Shown piece by piece: positions 1-9,733 of a stretch of DNA of 55,934 nt; positions within the stretch are counted from its first letter, which is position 1, and every line of letters begins with the position of its first letter. Made by a program: the position numbers and the translations under genes. The stretch is from Promethearchaeota archaeon (GTDB taxonomy: Archaea; Asgardarchaeota; Lokiarchaeia; Sigyniarchaeales; SOKP01). The DNA lies in the NCBI GenBank assembly GCA_016930515.1, contig JAFGGO010000172.1, positions 1-55,934 of the forward strand. The letters are read 5' to 3'. A model generated the notes under the pieces. The model saw only the letters and a program-made list of their open reading frames with translations, ran no database searches and was not told where the DNA came from.

Positions 1-1174
1 GCGAAGTAGCGATTCCTCCCGTGAAATCTCTTATTTCTATAGGTGTTTCTTCAATAATAATGATTTTTTTTTTAAAATTATTTAAGGCTTTTAGATTTCC
101 TAAATTTCCCATTCCAAATGGTAAATTTGGAAGTATAACTAAATCTACATTGTTCAATATTTCATTTAACTTATTTAAACTCTCTTTCGATATTTCTGAA
201 AAAGGTTCTTCTTTAATGATTTGAATTCCTAAGTTTTTTGCCAAAATATAATCGTCATCAAAAACATTTACAACACCTAATGAAACTCGGTAATTTTTGA
301 GATCATGGAGAAATCCTATAGCAGATCCGCCCCCACCAATCACATGGATTTTTTTAATTGAAGAATCTAACTCCTGTTTTAATAAATTTTCCTCACCATT
401 CTTTTTAGATTCCACTGGAATGATATTGATTGAATTTGTGTAAAAATTATTCTTAATTATGACATCAATACCATAAATCTTTTTTATATTCTCCCTTGTC
501 AGGACTTTCTTAGCATCCCCGAATTCAATAACCCTCCCCTCATTCATTAAAATCAACTTATCGCAAAATTGAGCAGAAATATTTAGGTCATGTAATACAA
601 TCACCACGACCAAACCTTCTTTAACATATTGTTTAAATAACTCCATGAATTCAAGTTGATAATTGATATCGAGATGAGAGGTAGGTTCATCTAAGAGCAG
701 AATGTTTGTCTTTTGAGCCAAAGATCTTGCAATGACAACTTTTTGTTGTTCTCCTCCGCTCAGTTGATTAAAGCCTCTATCTGCTAATTCTGATAAACCC
801 AATTTTTTAATGATCTCTTCAACTATCTCTTTATCTTCGGTTGATTCAGATGAAAACCTATTAATATGAGTATATCTACCCATTTTTATTATTTCGCGAA
901 CTTTATAGTCAAATTCTATGTAATTTAATTGATCTACCATTGCGAGGTGTTTCGCCACCTCCCGAATAGATAGTTTATTAAGGTTTATTTCTTCCAGATA
1001 TATTTGACCATATTTTTTTTTGAGAATTCCACTAATTAATTTTAAAAAAGTTGTTTTTCCACATCCATTTGGGCCGATAATTCCATATAAATGCCCTTTA
1101 TCAAAATTCAAGCTAATATCATTAATTATATCTCTAGTCCTATATCTAAACTTCAAATTTTTACACGAAATCAT
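1..1174 (-). CDS. btuD: Cobalamin/iron-chelate ABC transporter ATP-binding subunit with a C-terminal extension; 3' end runs off the window; missing from the ORF track
   Basis: Manual translation from ATG 1174: MISCKNLKF...GPNGCGKTT (Walker A), LSGGEQQKV (signature), LLLDEPTSHLD (Walker B), VLHDLN. An extra domain starts at KIHVIGGGGSA. Confidence 0.88.
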   Translation of the reverse strand, partial: MISCKNLKFRYRTRDIINDISLNFDKGHLYGIIGPNGCGKTTFLKLISGILKKKYGQIYLEEINLNKLSIREVAKHLAMVDQLNYIEFDYKVREIIKMGRYTHINRFSSESTEDKEIVEEIIKKLGLSELADRGFNQLSGGEQQKVVIARSLAQKTNILLLDEPTSHLDINYQLEFMELFKQYVKEGLVVVIVLHDLNISAQFCDKLILMNEGRVIEFGDAKKVLTRENIKKIYGIDVIIKNNFYTNSINIIPVESKKNGEENLLKQELDSSIKKIHVIGGGGSAIGFLHDLKNYRVSLGVVNVFDDDYILAKNLGIQIIKEEPFSEISKESLNKLNEILNNVDLVILPNLPFGMGNLGNLKALNNFKKKIIIIEETPIEIRDFTGGIATS

Positions 1175-1211
1175 AAGATTCTGCCTCTAATACATGTTCT
1201 TAAATTGGACA

Positions 1212-2270
1212 TTATAAAAGCTCTCCCGCTTTCTTCTTTTTTATTATTATGTAGACGAAAAATGGACCTCCAATTAAGGAAGTCAATATCCCTACGGGTA
1301 ATTCTAAAGGAGCAAAGATAGTTCTTGCTACTAAGTCAGCCCATACTAATAATAATCCTCCACCTATAGCAGAAAAAATTAAAAGTTTCTTGTGATCGCT
1401 CCCTACAATCATTCTCATTAAATGAGGGATTACTAGTCCTACAAATCCTATACTCCCACAAAAAGCAACACTAGTGGATGTAAGTAGCGTCATTATTATT
1501 AAGGTAACTCGTTTTGAATGTTCGACATTGATCCCTAGAGATTGTGCTGATGAATCTCCTAAAACCATTGCGTTTAAATCTCGGCCGTAAAATATGAGAA
1601 TTATTGTCCCGTTCAATAAAATTATAAATACAAAAAAAAATTCGGTCCAAGAACTACCCCAGAAACTACCCATCATGTAAGTTAATATATAATGGGCGTG
1701 CTCTTCAGAAAAATACAATATAAAGCTTGTGAATGCTCCAAAGAAATACGAAAGTGCTATGCCAGAAAGCAATAAAGCTGACATTGAAAGGTGATATTTT
1801 GTTTTTGAAAGGTTAAATATTATAAAAACTTCCATGCAAGAAAAAAAAAATGAGACCAATGGAACGGTTAGTACGCTTAAAAACCCTGCAATTCCCAATA
1901 CAACACTTAAAGCAGCGCCAAATCCTGCAGAGGAAGAAATGCCAATGATATAAGGATCTACGATCGGATTCTTGAAGATACCTTGGGCAACGACCCCTGC
2001 AACGGCCAACATTGCACCCACACATGCGGCCATGAGAACTCTTGGTAATCTTAATACGAGAATTATGTTTTCTTCTCCATTTGTCCATGTTTTCTTGATG
2101 TTAAAACCTATAGAATTCAATATCATAGCAGCAATTTTATTGAAATCAATGAATACGCTCCCAATATGGACCGCTAATATTATGGAAAAAGCCAAACTAA
2201 TTACAAGTAATGTGAAAAAAATTATTAAAAAAAAAGGTTTATTAACAATTTTGTTTTTTTTATGAATCAA
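1212..2270 (-). CDS. btuC: FecCD/BtuC-family ABC permease
   Basis: LRLPRVL, FKNPIVDPYIIGISS, GSIGFVGLVIPH, ELPVGILTSLIGGPFF. Confidence 0.92.
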   Translation of the reverse strand: MIHKKNKIVNKPFFLIIFFTLLVISLAFSIILAVHIGSVFIDFNKIAAMILNSIGFNIKKTWTNGEENIILVLRLPRVLMAACVGAMLAVAGVVAQGIFKNPIVDPYIIGISSSAGFGAALSVVLGIAGFLSVLTVPLVSFFFSCMEVFIIFNLSKTKYHLSMSALLLSGIALSYFFGAFTSFILYFSEEHAHYILTYMMGSFWGSSWTEFFFVFIILLNGTIILIFYGRDLNAMVLGDSSAQSLGINVEHSKRVTLIIMTLLTSTSVAFCGSIGFVGLVIPHLMRMIVGSDHKKLLIFSAIGGGLLLVWADLVARTIFAPLELPVGILTSLIGGPFFVYIIIKKKKAGELL

Positions 2271-2290
2271 CTTATACTCTCCTTTTGCAT

Positions 2291-3229
2291 TTAAAACAAG
2301 AATGGATAAAGATATCTAGTCATGTTCTCTAAAGCGTCTATTATACGAGGGCCTGGTCTCAAATACATGTCGTCATCGCATTGATATATCCTATTATTAA
2401 TACATGCATTTACAGAATCGTATCCGGACCTCTCGTATATAGGTTCTGGGTAATAAGGAACATAATGCGCCGTTAGAAAAATTACATCAGGATCACCATC
2501 AATGATCTGTTCGTGACTTACCGTAGAATATTCTTGATTTATATTTCCAAAAATATTTATTGCTCCAGCTTTTAAGATCATGTCATGTACATAGGATTTT
2601 GCTCCAGCAACCATAGGACTACAATATATCTCAAAATAGCAATCAATAATTTGAGTGTAATTCAAGCTTGCCGTTTTGTCCGTTATGCTTTCCATATTAT
2701 ATGTTAAATTTCCAGTCAAGTAAATGCCGTTTTGTCTAAAATTAACTAAATTCGCAATGACACCTACATTTTCAATGATTTCCTCTAAAGTATCTGCAAA
2801 AATGACCACTATAGCCATTCCTTGCGCTTCAATTTGCTCTATAATGTCTGGATTCCATGTCGAAGTGATTATGAGGTCGGGGTCTAGATCTGCTATTATT
2901 TCGAGATTTGGTGTTGAAAATCCGCCTATACTCGTGTAATTTGACCGATTTAACGCTTCAATTGGATAATTACAGTAATCAGTAATACCTACTAACTTAT
3001 TTTCTGCACCAAGAGCAAAAATTGTTTCTGTAATGGAAGGTGCCATCGATACAATTTTTTGTGGAGATTTTGGCACATATACCTCTCTATTCTTTGAATC
3101 AACGAATAGATAGGATTCTTCTGGAATATTAATTTCGTCCATTAGGGAAGTAACTAACATTCCTAATCCAAAAGTGCTAATTCCAACTAAAATAACTAAT
3201 CCGAGAACTATTACTACATTTTTTTTCAT
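2291..3229 (-). CDS. btuF: Membrane-anchored substrate-binding protein, BtuF/helical-backbone class (likely start MKKNVV at 3229)
   Basis: KIVSMAPSITETIFALG, VGITDYCNYP, RPGPRIIDALE, N-terminal TM; divergent from cobT. Confidence 0.88.
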   Translation of the reverse strand: MKKNVVIVLGLVILVGISTFGLGMLVTSLMDEINIPEESYLFVDSKNREVYVPKSPQKIVSMAPSITETIFALGAENKLVGITDYCNYPIEALNRSNYTSIGGFSTPNLEIIADLDPDLIITSTWNPDIIEQIEAQGMAIVVIFADTLEEIIENVGVIANLVNFRQNGIYLTGNLTYNMESITDKTASLNYTQIIDCYFEIYCSPMVAGAKSYVHDMILKAGAINIFGNINQEYSTVSHEQIIDGDPDVIFLTAHYVPYYPEPIYERSGYDSVNACINNRIYQCDDDMYLRPGPRIIDALENMTRYLYPFLF

Positions 3230-3242
3230 ATATAATATCCTC

Positions 3243-3313
3243 CATAGGATAAGATTTCCTATGATCAAAAAATTATTGCATTTTATAAACTTTGTGGGTT
3301 AAGTTAACCTATG
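3243..3313. promoter_or_regulatory. Two 21-bp pseudo-palindromic operators flanking a TATA box upstream of btuF
   Basis: CATAGGA-TAAGATT-TCCTATG (3243-3263) and TGTGGGTTAAGTTAACCTATG (3293-3313), with TTTATAAA (3282-3289) between; resemble the DtxR/IdeR box. Confidence 0.6.
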
Positions 3314-3449
3314 ATTACAAAAGCTAAAAAGATATCCTTTACATCTCTGGAGAAGCGTTACAAATTGCCCTACGAAAAACCTTATTAAACTCCCATAATT
3401 CTATAAATTTAGATCTATAATTTATGTTAATACTATTCTCAAAAAAAAA

Positions 3450-4553
3450 ATGATGAAAAAAATAATTGAAATTGGAAACGAAGATAAAATAAATAATTTT
3501 AGGTTAAAAATAGAAGGAAAGAAACCATTATTTATTTGTGTAATAGGGAATACGGAAACCGCAAAAATTCCTGGAATATCAGCAGCTGGTGCAAAATCAG
3601 AAATAACGGATTATACTCCTGCAGCAGATGTAGAATATCTATATTATGGAAAATGCAAATGCTTGGAAGGAGTCCCAATAACTCCGGAGGGAATTCCAAC
3701 TCCGGGCTTGATTACGAAAGCAGCTTTAGATCTTGCTAATATTCCAAGATTAATTGTAAGTGGAGGCGTGAATGTTTTCCCTCAAGCGCCATATATAGAT
3801 TTGGGAGGAGAAGCTGGGGGTGATATTTCAAAAGAAAAAGCAGTTAAAGACCCCATTAAAATATTTAAAAACGCAAAGATTTTAGGTAAAAACCTTTCCT
3901 TCTTTACAGATTACTTGGTAATAGGTGAAAGCATTGCGGGAGGAACGACAACAGCTCTCGGAATGCTTTTAAGCATGGGTTATGATGTCTCGGATAAAAT
4001 TAGCAGTAGCTTGGCCATAAATCCAATTCAACTCAAATTAGAGTCAATAGACTCGGGAATGAAAGCAAAAAAATTATCCAGAGGTGATTTTAAAAATGAA
4101 CCATTTAAGGCCATAGAATTTTTCGGTGATCCAATGCAACCCGCACATGCGGGGATTGCAATAGGCGCGGCATCAAGAATACCAGTAATCTTAGCGGGAG
4201 GGACCCAAATGACGGCCATATTAGCAATCATCAACATACTTAATCCAGAAGTTCTTGAAAATATTGCAATTGGCACGACAAGATGGATTCTAAATGATCA
4301 AAAAACTGATCTTGAAGGAATAGTCGCTGAAGTGAGCCCAAAAGTTCCTATCCTTGCGGCAAACCTTTTTTTTGATGAGATGAGATTCCCAGGATTGCGG
4401 GCTTACGAGAATGGTATGGTTAAAGAAGGTGTAGGTGCTGGTGGTGCGGTTATTGCTTGCGTGCTCTCGTCCAAAAATCAAATTTCTATGATTGATATTT
4501 GCAAAAGAATTGAAAAAGATTATGAAACAATTACTACCTTAAAACAGGTTTAA
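3450..4553 (+). CDS. cobT: Archaeal-type nicotinate-nucleotide:benzimidazole phosphoribosyltransferase
   Basis: TETAKIPGISAAG, YTPAADVE, GESIAGGTTTA, AGGTQM, YENGMVKEGVGAGG. Confidence 0.92.
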   Translation: MMKKIIEIGNEDKINNFRLKIEGKKPLFICVIGNTETAKIPGISAAGAKSEITDYTPAADVEYLYYGKCKCLEGVPITPEGIPTPGLITKAALDLANIPRLIVSGGVNVFPQAPYIDLGGEAGGDISKEKAVKDPIKIFKNAKILGKNLSFFTDYLVIGESIAGGTTTALGMLLSMGYDVSDKISSSLAINPIQLKLESIDSGMKAKKLSRGDFKNEPFKAIEFFGDPMQPAHAGIAIGAASRIPVILAGGTQMTAILAIINILNPEVLENIAIGTTRWILNDQKTDLEGIVAEVSPKVPILAANLFFDEMRFPGLRAYENGMVKEGVGAGGAVIACVLSSKNQISMIDICKRIEKDYETITTLKQV

Positions 4554-4559
4554 AAAATT

Positions 4560-5231
4560 ATGAGTTATGCAGTATCGTGGAGCAGTGGAAAGGATAGTGG
4601 TTATGCGTGTTATGAGGCCATGAATATGGGTTTAGATATCACATGCTTGCTCAATATTATTTCAAAAGATAGTGGTCTTGTGGATTCTCACCGCGTGAGC
4701 AAGGAATTAGTTCAAACGCAAGCCAAACTGATGGACATTCCCTTAATACAAGCAGAAACAAATTGGGACGATTATACTAAAAATTTTAAGTTTTTAATCT
4801 CTAATTTTCCCTCGAAGAATATCAAAGGAATTATATTTGGAGACATATTCGTGCCTGAATTTCAAATACAAAAACATAAACTTTGGGCGGAAAATATATG
4901 TGCTTCAGCAGGACTTGTTGCTATAGAACCTTTATGGAATGTAAGATCCAAGGAATTGCCCTTAAAAATGCTTGAGACAGGTTTTGAAATGATTATCGTA
5001 AGTATAAAGAAAAGATTGATAGGAGAAGAATGGCTTGGTCGCCCTTTTGATTCAGAATTTTCATGTTATATCCAAAATAAAGGTGATATTGATCCCTGTG
5101 GCGAAAAAGGAGAATTTCATACTGTTGTATTAAATTGTCCGATGTTTAAAAAAAAAATAAAAGTGTTAAAAACTAACAAAACTGAAAATGAAAAATATTG
5201 TTTTTTGAATATTACGAAATGGACAACATGA
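4560..5231 (+). CDS. DUF71/COG2102 (Dph6-like) PP-loop ATP pyrophosphatase
   Basis: SWSSGKDS, IIFGDI, EPLW, DPCGEKGEFHT. Confidence 0.88.
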   Translation: MSYAVSWSSGKDSGYACYEAMNMGLDITCLLNIISKDSGLVDSHRVSKELVQTQAKLMDIPLIQAETNWDDYTKNFKFLISNFPSKNIKGIIFGDIFVPEFQIQKHKLWAENICASAGLVAIEPLWNVRSKELPLKMLETGFEMIIVSIKKRLIGEEWLGRPFDSEFSCYIQNKGDIDPCGEKGEFHTVVLNCPMFKKKIKVLKTNKTENEKYCFLNITKWTT

Positions 5232-5235
5232 AATA

Positions 5236-5919
5236 ATGCCGTATGATTATTTTATATTTGATTTGGATAATTGTCTAATTAGATATCCCAATCTTACAGG
5301 ATTTATTGATGAAGTTTTAAAAAAAACACTTAAAAATTACCTTAAAGACATTCCTAAGAAATTTGAGAGAAACACTTTATTGAAGCCAGGCACTGATATT
5401 AACGAAAAGTTACGAAAATGGGGGATTTCAGAGCAAAACTTCTTTTGGATGAATTATGAACAGATTGAATTTCAGTACAGAAAACATCTTGCGGAAGCTG
5501 GAAATATTTCCTTATTTAAAGATGTAAGATTCGTATTAAAATCATTAAAACAATCGAATAAAAAACTTGCAATTGTTTCTAATTCTCCCCAATATATTGT
5601 GGATTATTTCACGAAAAGATTTTGTTTAGATTCATTTTTTCAAGAATCTGTTGGAGTAGATTACTCGACTAATCCAAACGGAGCAAAACCTTCTCCTAAT
5701 GGAATTCGTATGGTTTTGAATAAAATGGGCTACGATCAACTGAATTCGAAAGCTATAATGATTGGTGATTCAATAGTTGATATTATTGCTGCTAAAAAAG
5801 CAGAAATTACAGCTTGTCTCGTTAAAAGGAACAGATTATATTATTATAAGAGATTAAATGAATGGTCTTATCAACCAGATATGCTGGTGAAGACTCTCCA
5901 CGAGCTTATTTCAATCTAA
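5236..5919 (+). CDS. HAD-superfamily hydrolase (phosphatase-like)
   Basis: FDLDNCL, IVSN, KPSP, IGDSIVDI. Confidence 0.88.
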   Translation: MPYDYFIFDLDNCLIRYPNLTGFIDEVLKKTLKNYLKDIPKKFERNTLLKPGTDINEKLRKWGISEQNFFWMNYEQIEFQYRKHLAEAGNISLFKDVRFVLKSLKQSNKKLAIVSNSPQYIVDYFTKRFCLDSFFQESVGVDYSTNPNGAKPSPNGIRMVLNKMGYDQLNSKAIMIGDSIVDIIAAKKAEITACLVKRNRLYYYKRLNEWSYQPDMLVKTLHELISI

Positions 5920-7162
5920 TGACGAAAACTTTATCGTCCTTTTTTAAACCTTCTTGATATGGGTGTATTTTGACGATTCCGTCTGATTGAACTAAAGAAC
6001 TAATTATGCCTGAACCTTTCAGTTTTACTGGATGTGCAATAATTTCGTTGCCAAGCTTTTCGATCTTGACCCTTAAGAAATGTATATAACCCATACCTGA
6101 TACTGGAACATCTCTGCTCATTTTCGCGACGGTTTCGGTTCTTGGATCGATCTCTGAGGCGCCCATCATTTTCCGAAGCGCCATTCCAACTAGCTCGACA
6201 AAACAAAGATATGCCGCTACTGGCGTTCCAGGGAGACAAAAAACGATTTTATCCTCAACAACACCAATTAAAACTGGCGATCCAGGTTTAATGGCGATAC
6301 CGTGAACAAGAATGGTTCCATTTTCTTGAATAGTCTCGGGAAGGAAGTCTTGAGTTCCCACTGATGTACCTCCAGTAAAGATTACTAAATCAGAGTCTTC
6401 AACGGATTCGTATAGTTTTTTTTTAAGCAGAATCTTGTCGTCTTTAAGTGTCTCTTCTCTTATTACGGTACCTCCATATTGTTGGGTTAAATTTGATATC
6501 ATTGGCGAGTTAGAGTTGTAAATCTGGTTTTCACCAAGCATTTGACCAACTTCTACGAGTTCGTCTCCTGTGGCGAAGACGCTTACCTTTGGTCTCGAAT
6601 GTACTTTCACCGTTTCAATGCCCAATGAGGATAATAAAGCGATATGAGAAGAAAAGATTTCCGTGCCACTGTTCAATACAATACTATCTTGAGGAATGTC
6701 CTCTCCCTTGCGCGACACATTTTTCCCGGGTACTATTGGTAAATATATTGAGATATTGGCTTCCTCGATCTTAGTGTCTTCAATCTTCACGACCGCATCA
6801 GCACCAAGAGGGATTGCAGCTCCCGTTGATATTCTTATCGCTTCGCCTGATTTCATTTGTATTCCTTCTGATTTCTCTCCAATCTCGATTTTTCCTACCA
6901 ATTTTAAGTTGCGTGGATTCTGAGGAGAACTCCCAAAAGTATCTTCTGCCTTAACCGCATAGCCGTCCATGGCTGACCGATCGAATGGAGGTATGTTTAA
7001 CCCGCTTTTAATGCTCTCTGCCAAAAATCTGCCTAACGACGATGAGGTTTCAACTACTTCCACGGTTGTCAAGCTTATATTAGATAAAAGCAGGTCTGAA
7101 GCCTCCTCAAGGGGCGTTAATTTCGAAAAACCAATTTTTCGCAATCTTTCCACATTCTTCAC
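5906..7162 (-). CDS. moeA: Molybdopterin Mo/W insertase (copy 1)
   Basis: PPFDRSAMDGYAV, TGDEL, GGTSVG, IKPGSP, LPGTP. Confidence 0.95.
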   Translation of the reverse strand: MKNVERLRKIGFSKLTPLEEASDLLLSNISLTTVEVVETSSSLGRFLAESIKSGLNIPPFDRSAMDGYAVKAEDTFGSSPQNPRNLKLVGKIEIGEKSEGIQMKSGEAIRISTGAAIPLGADAVVKIEDTKIEEANISIYLPIVPGKNVSRKGEDIPQDSIVLNSGTEIFSSHIALLSSLGIETVKVHSRPKVSVFATGDELVEVGQMLGENQIYNSNSPMISNLTQQYGGTVIREETLKDDKILLKKKLYESVEDSDLVIFTGGTSVGTQDFLPETIQENGTILVHGIAIKPGSPVLIGVVEDKIVFCLPGTPVAAYLCFVELVGMALRKMMGASEIDPRTETVAKMSRDVPVSGMGYIHFLRVKIEKLGNEIIAHPVKLKGSGIISSLVQSDGIVKIHPYQEGLKKDDKVFVIRLK

Positions 7163-7695
7163 TCATTCTTGTTAATTGAATATACTATATGTCTAATTTC
7201 GGGAATGATTAGCTCTACTAATGCTAGTTTAACTGCATTTGGAGATCCTGGAAGAAGGAATACAATTTTATTACCTATCTTTCCTGCCGTTGTTCGAGAA
7301 AGCATTGCGGAGGGGCCAATTTCCTTGAAGGATAAATATCTGAAGAACTCCCCAAATCCGTCCATTTTCTTTTCGAATAATGGTTCGAGAGTCTCATACG
7401 TCACATCTTTAGGTGTAAATCCAGTTCCTCCGCTAAATATCAAGGCGTGCAAGGAGTCATTTTTAATCAATTCGATTAAAGAGTTGTGAATTTTTTCTCG
7501 AGAATCTGGGACAATCGAAACCGATAAAAGGGTAATATTTGAATTTTTTTCAAGGATATCCCGTACTAATGGAATGGTTTTATCGGTCTTTACTTCTCCA
7601 TTTTCCTGTTCTTGGAATCTAGATGTGCTTACGATGATTAATGCTATATTGACCTTAGAGGGGGCCTCCTTTTTATGTTGTTCGTGTACTTTCAT
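7159..7695 (-). CDS. moaB: Molybdopterin adenylyltransferase MoaB/MogA
   Basis: SGGTGFTPKDVT, GFGEFFR, AMLSR, LPGSPNAV. Confidence 0.93.
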   Translation of the reverse strand: MKVHEQHKKEAPSKVNIALIIVSTSRFQEQENGEVKTDKTIPLVRDILEKNSNITLLSVSIVPDSREKIHNSLIELIKNDSLHALIFSGGTGFTPKDVTYETLEPLFEKKMDGFGEFFRYLSFKEIGPSAMLSRTTAGKIGNKIVFLLPGSPNAVKLALVELIIPEIRHIVYSINKNE

Positions 7696-7733
7696 GATGT
7701 GTTTTTATAAACGATTTTTATATAATAATAATA

Positions 7734-8960
7734 TCAAAAAAAATATACTGTTCTAACATCTCCTTTTTCTACGATGCTTTCCAGTTCTTCTATTTCAATA
7801 TATCCGTCGGCATTAAATAACGTGCTGATGGCTTCTGAACCAGTCTGAATGGGAAAAACCTTCTTCTGACCTTCAATTACATCTATCTTAACTGGTTTAA
7901 ACTCGTGCCTTCCAATCGTGCTGTAAATCCTTTCGCCTACCTCTAATGATATTGAATTCTTGTCTCTCAAAGGATATCCCGCCATTCTTCTGATAAAATC
8001 TTCGACAAATATGTAATAACAACTCAAAGCAGAAGTAGGGTATCCTGGTAAGACAAAAACTAATTTTAATCCAATCCTTGCGAATATAAAAGGCTTTCCC
8101 GGCTTTATCCTTACACCGTGTACCATTATCTCTATATCTTGGTAACCTTCTAAAACTTGGGGGGCAAAATCTCCCTCTCCTTTTGATGTTCCTCCCGATA
8201 AAATCGTGATATCGCAACAAGAGAGGCCGTGGTCTATAGCGTTTTTTAAGGTTTCGAAAGAATCTTTCACGATTCCCAAGTATTCAACTTCGGCTCCAGC
8301 GTTTTGGAGCGATATTTTTAACACTCTCGAATTAATATCGTAAATTTTTCCAATATCTAAATGCTTGATTTCAGAGGAAACAAGTTCATTTCCAGTGCTT
8401 ATCAAGCTAATCTTTGGCTTCTTATATACCCAAATTTCATCCATACCGCATGACGAGAGAAGTCCAACCATTGAAACACTAATAAGCTCATTTTTCTTAC
8501 AGATTAATTTACCCTTTGGAATGTCGTGCCCGACCTTTACGATGTGCGTGTCAGGTGTAACGGATTGCGTCGTGGAAACAATATTGTCCGTTCTTTCAGT
8601 AAATTCTACCATCACAACTGCATCGGCTCCTTCTGGGATTGCGGCTCCTGTTGCCACATAGGCGCATTGTCCTTTTTGAATTTCTTTTTTGGGTACGGCT
8701 CCTGCTTGCACATGATCTACTAAAACGAGATCCACGGATTTATCCTCGCTCGCAGGAAATGTATCGCTAGCAATAACTGCGTAACCGTCCATTCGAGACT
8801 TTCGAAAATGGGGGACATCTATAGGACTTTCAATATCCCGAGATAAAATTCTTCCGAATGCGTCGTCTAATGGTAATTTCACTTCTCCTAAAACTAAAGG
8901 AGTTATTTTGAATAATAAAGTTTTCAATTCAGAAACACTGATCGTTTTTAAGAATTTCAA
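7734..8960 (-). CDS. moeA: Molybdopterin Mo/W insertase (copy 2)
   Basis: PHFRKSRMDGYAV, STGNEL, GGTSKG, IKPGKP, LPGYPTS. Confidence 0.95.
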   Translation of the reverse strand: MKFLKTISVSELKTLLFKITPLVLGEVKLPLDDAFGRILSRDIESPIDVPHFRKSRMDGYAVIASDTFPASEDKSVDLVLVDHVQAGAVPKKEIQKGQCAYVATGAAIPEGADAVVMVEFTERTDNIVSTTQSVTPDTHIVKVGHDIPKGKLICKKNELISVSMVGLLSSCGMDEIWVYKKPKISLISTGNELVSSEIKHLDIGKIYDINSRVLKISLQNAGAEVEYLGIVKDSFETLKNAIDHGLSCCDITILSGGTSKGEGDFAPQVLEGYQDIEIMVHGVRIKPGKPFIFARIGLKLVFVLPGYPTSALSCYYIFVEDFIRRMAGYPLRDKNSISLEVGERIYSTIGRHEFKPVKIDVIEGQKKVFPIQTGSEAISTLFNADGYIEIEELESIVEKGDVRTVYFF

Positions 8961-8978
8961 TTCTCAATCAACTCCTAT

Positions 8979-9434
8979 TTAGTGTATCCATTCAGATGAG
9001 CCGTCTTCAAAATCCTCTCTTTTCCAGACCGCAAGCTGTTCTTTATAATCTTCAACCGCTATTCGGAGCGCTTTAAAGCCCTCTTCCCTGTGAGATGAGG
9101 CAACGACCACGTGAATTAAATCTTCTGAAATTTCGAATTGCCCATAAAAATGAATTAAAATAATATCAATAATGCCTTCGATATTTTTTATTTTTGTACA
9201 GATTTCTTCGATGCTTTTGGTAGCTAACTCAATGTACGCATCGATTTTGATACCTTTAACGGGTCGACCGTCTTTAGAAGTATTGCGAACGATCCCAGAA
9301 AATGTGTGAATGGATCCTATTTGTGCTGCGTTAGGTCCTTTTTTAATCTCGTTTATCATTTGTTCTAGAGTAATTTTACCCTTAGAATAAATTCCCGATT
9401 CTATTTTAGTGTTGGAAATTTCGTCCATTTTCAC
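8979..9434 (-). CDS. moaE: Molybdopterin synthase catalytic subunit
   Basis: FSGIVR, VASSHREEGF, VWKRE...SEW. Confidence 0.92.
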   Translation of the reverse strand: MKMDEISNTKIESGIYSKGKITLEQMINEIKKGPNAAQIGSIHTFSGIVRNTSKDGRPVKGIKIDAYIELATKSIEEICTKIKNIEGIIDIILIHFYGQFEISEDLIHVVVASSHREEGFKALRIAVEDYKEQLAVWKREDFEDGSSEWIH

Positions 9435-9716
9435 TTAGCCTCCTGATAAAGGTAAAAGAAACGCTATTTTATCGCCATCTACAACGAGAATTTTGTCAAT
9501 ATCGTTCTTTTTTACGAAATTATCGTTTATCGCCACACTTATTTGAGGATTCAAATCATCAGACGATTTATTTAATAATATTGATTTTGTGGTTTTGTGA
9601 TTTTTAATAATAAACTTTGCAATTTCAATAACACTTATTTTAGAGCCTTCTAATTCTTCCGAATCTTTTTGTGCTATTTCTTTCAGTTCAGCAAAATAAA
9701 GAATTTTTATCGTCAT
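9435..9716 (-). CDS. moaD: Molybdopterin synthase sulfur carrier (ubiquitin-like)
   Basis: YFAELKE, GDKIAFLLPLSGG C-terminal diglycine. Confidence 0.92.
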   Translation of the reverse strand: MTIKILYFAELKEIAQKDSEELEGSKISVIEIAKFIIKNHKTTKSILLNKSSDDLNPQISVAINDNFVKKNDIDKILVVDGDKIAFLLPLSGG

Positions 9717-9733
9717 TATTATTGTAAAATATA

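Noticed and set aside
3268-3450. Cobalamin riboswitch upstream of btuF or cobT
   Set aside because: No B12-box or GGGAA/GCCACTG-type motifs on either strand; the region is short and AT-rich.
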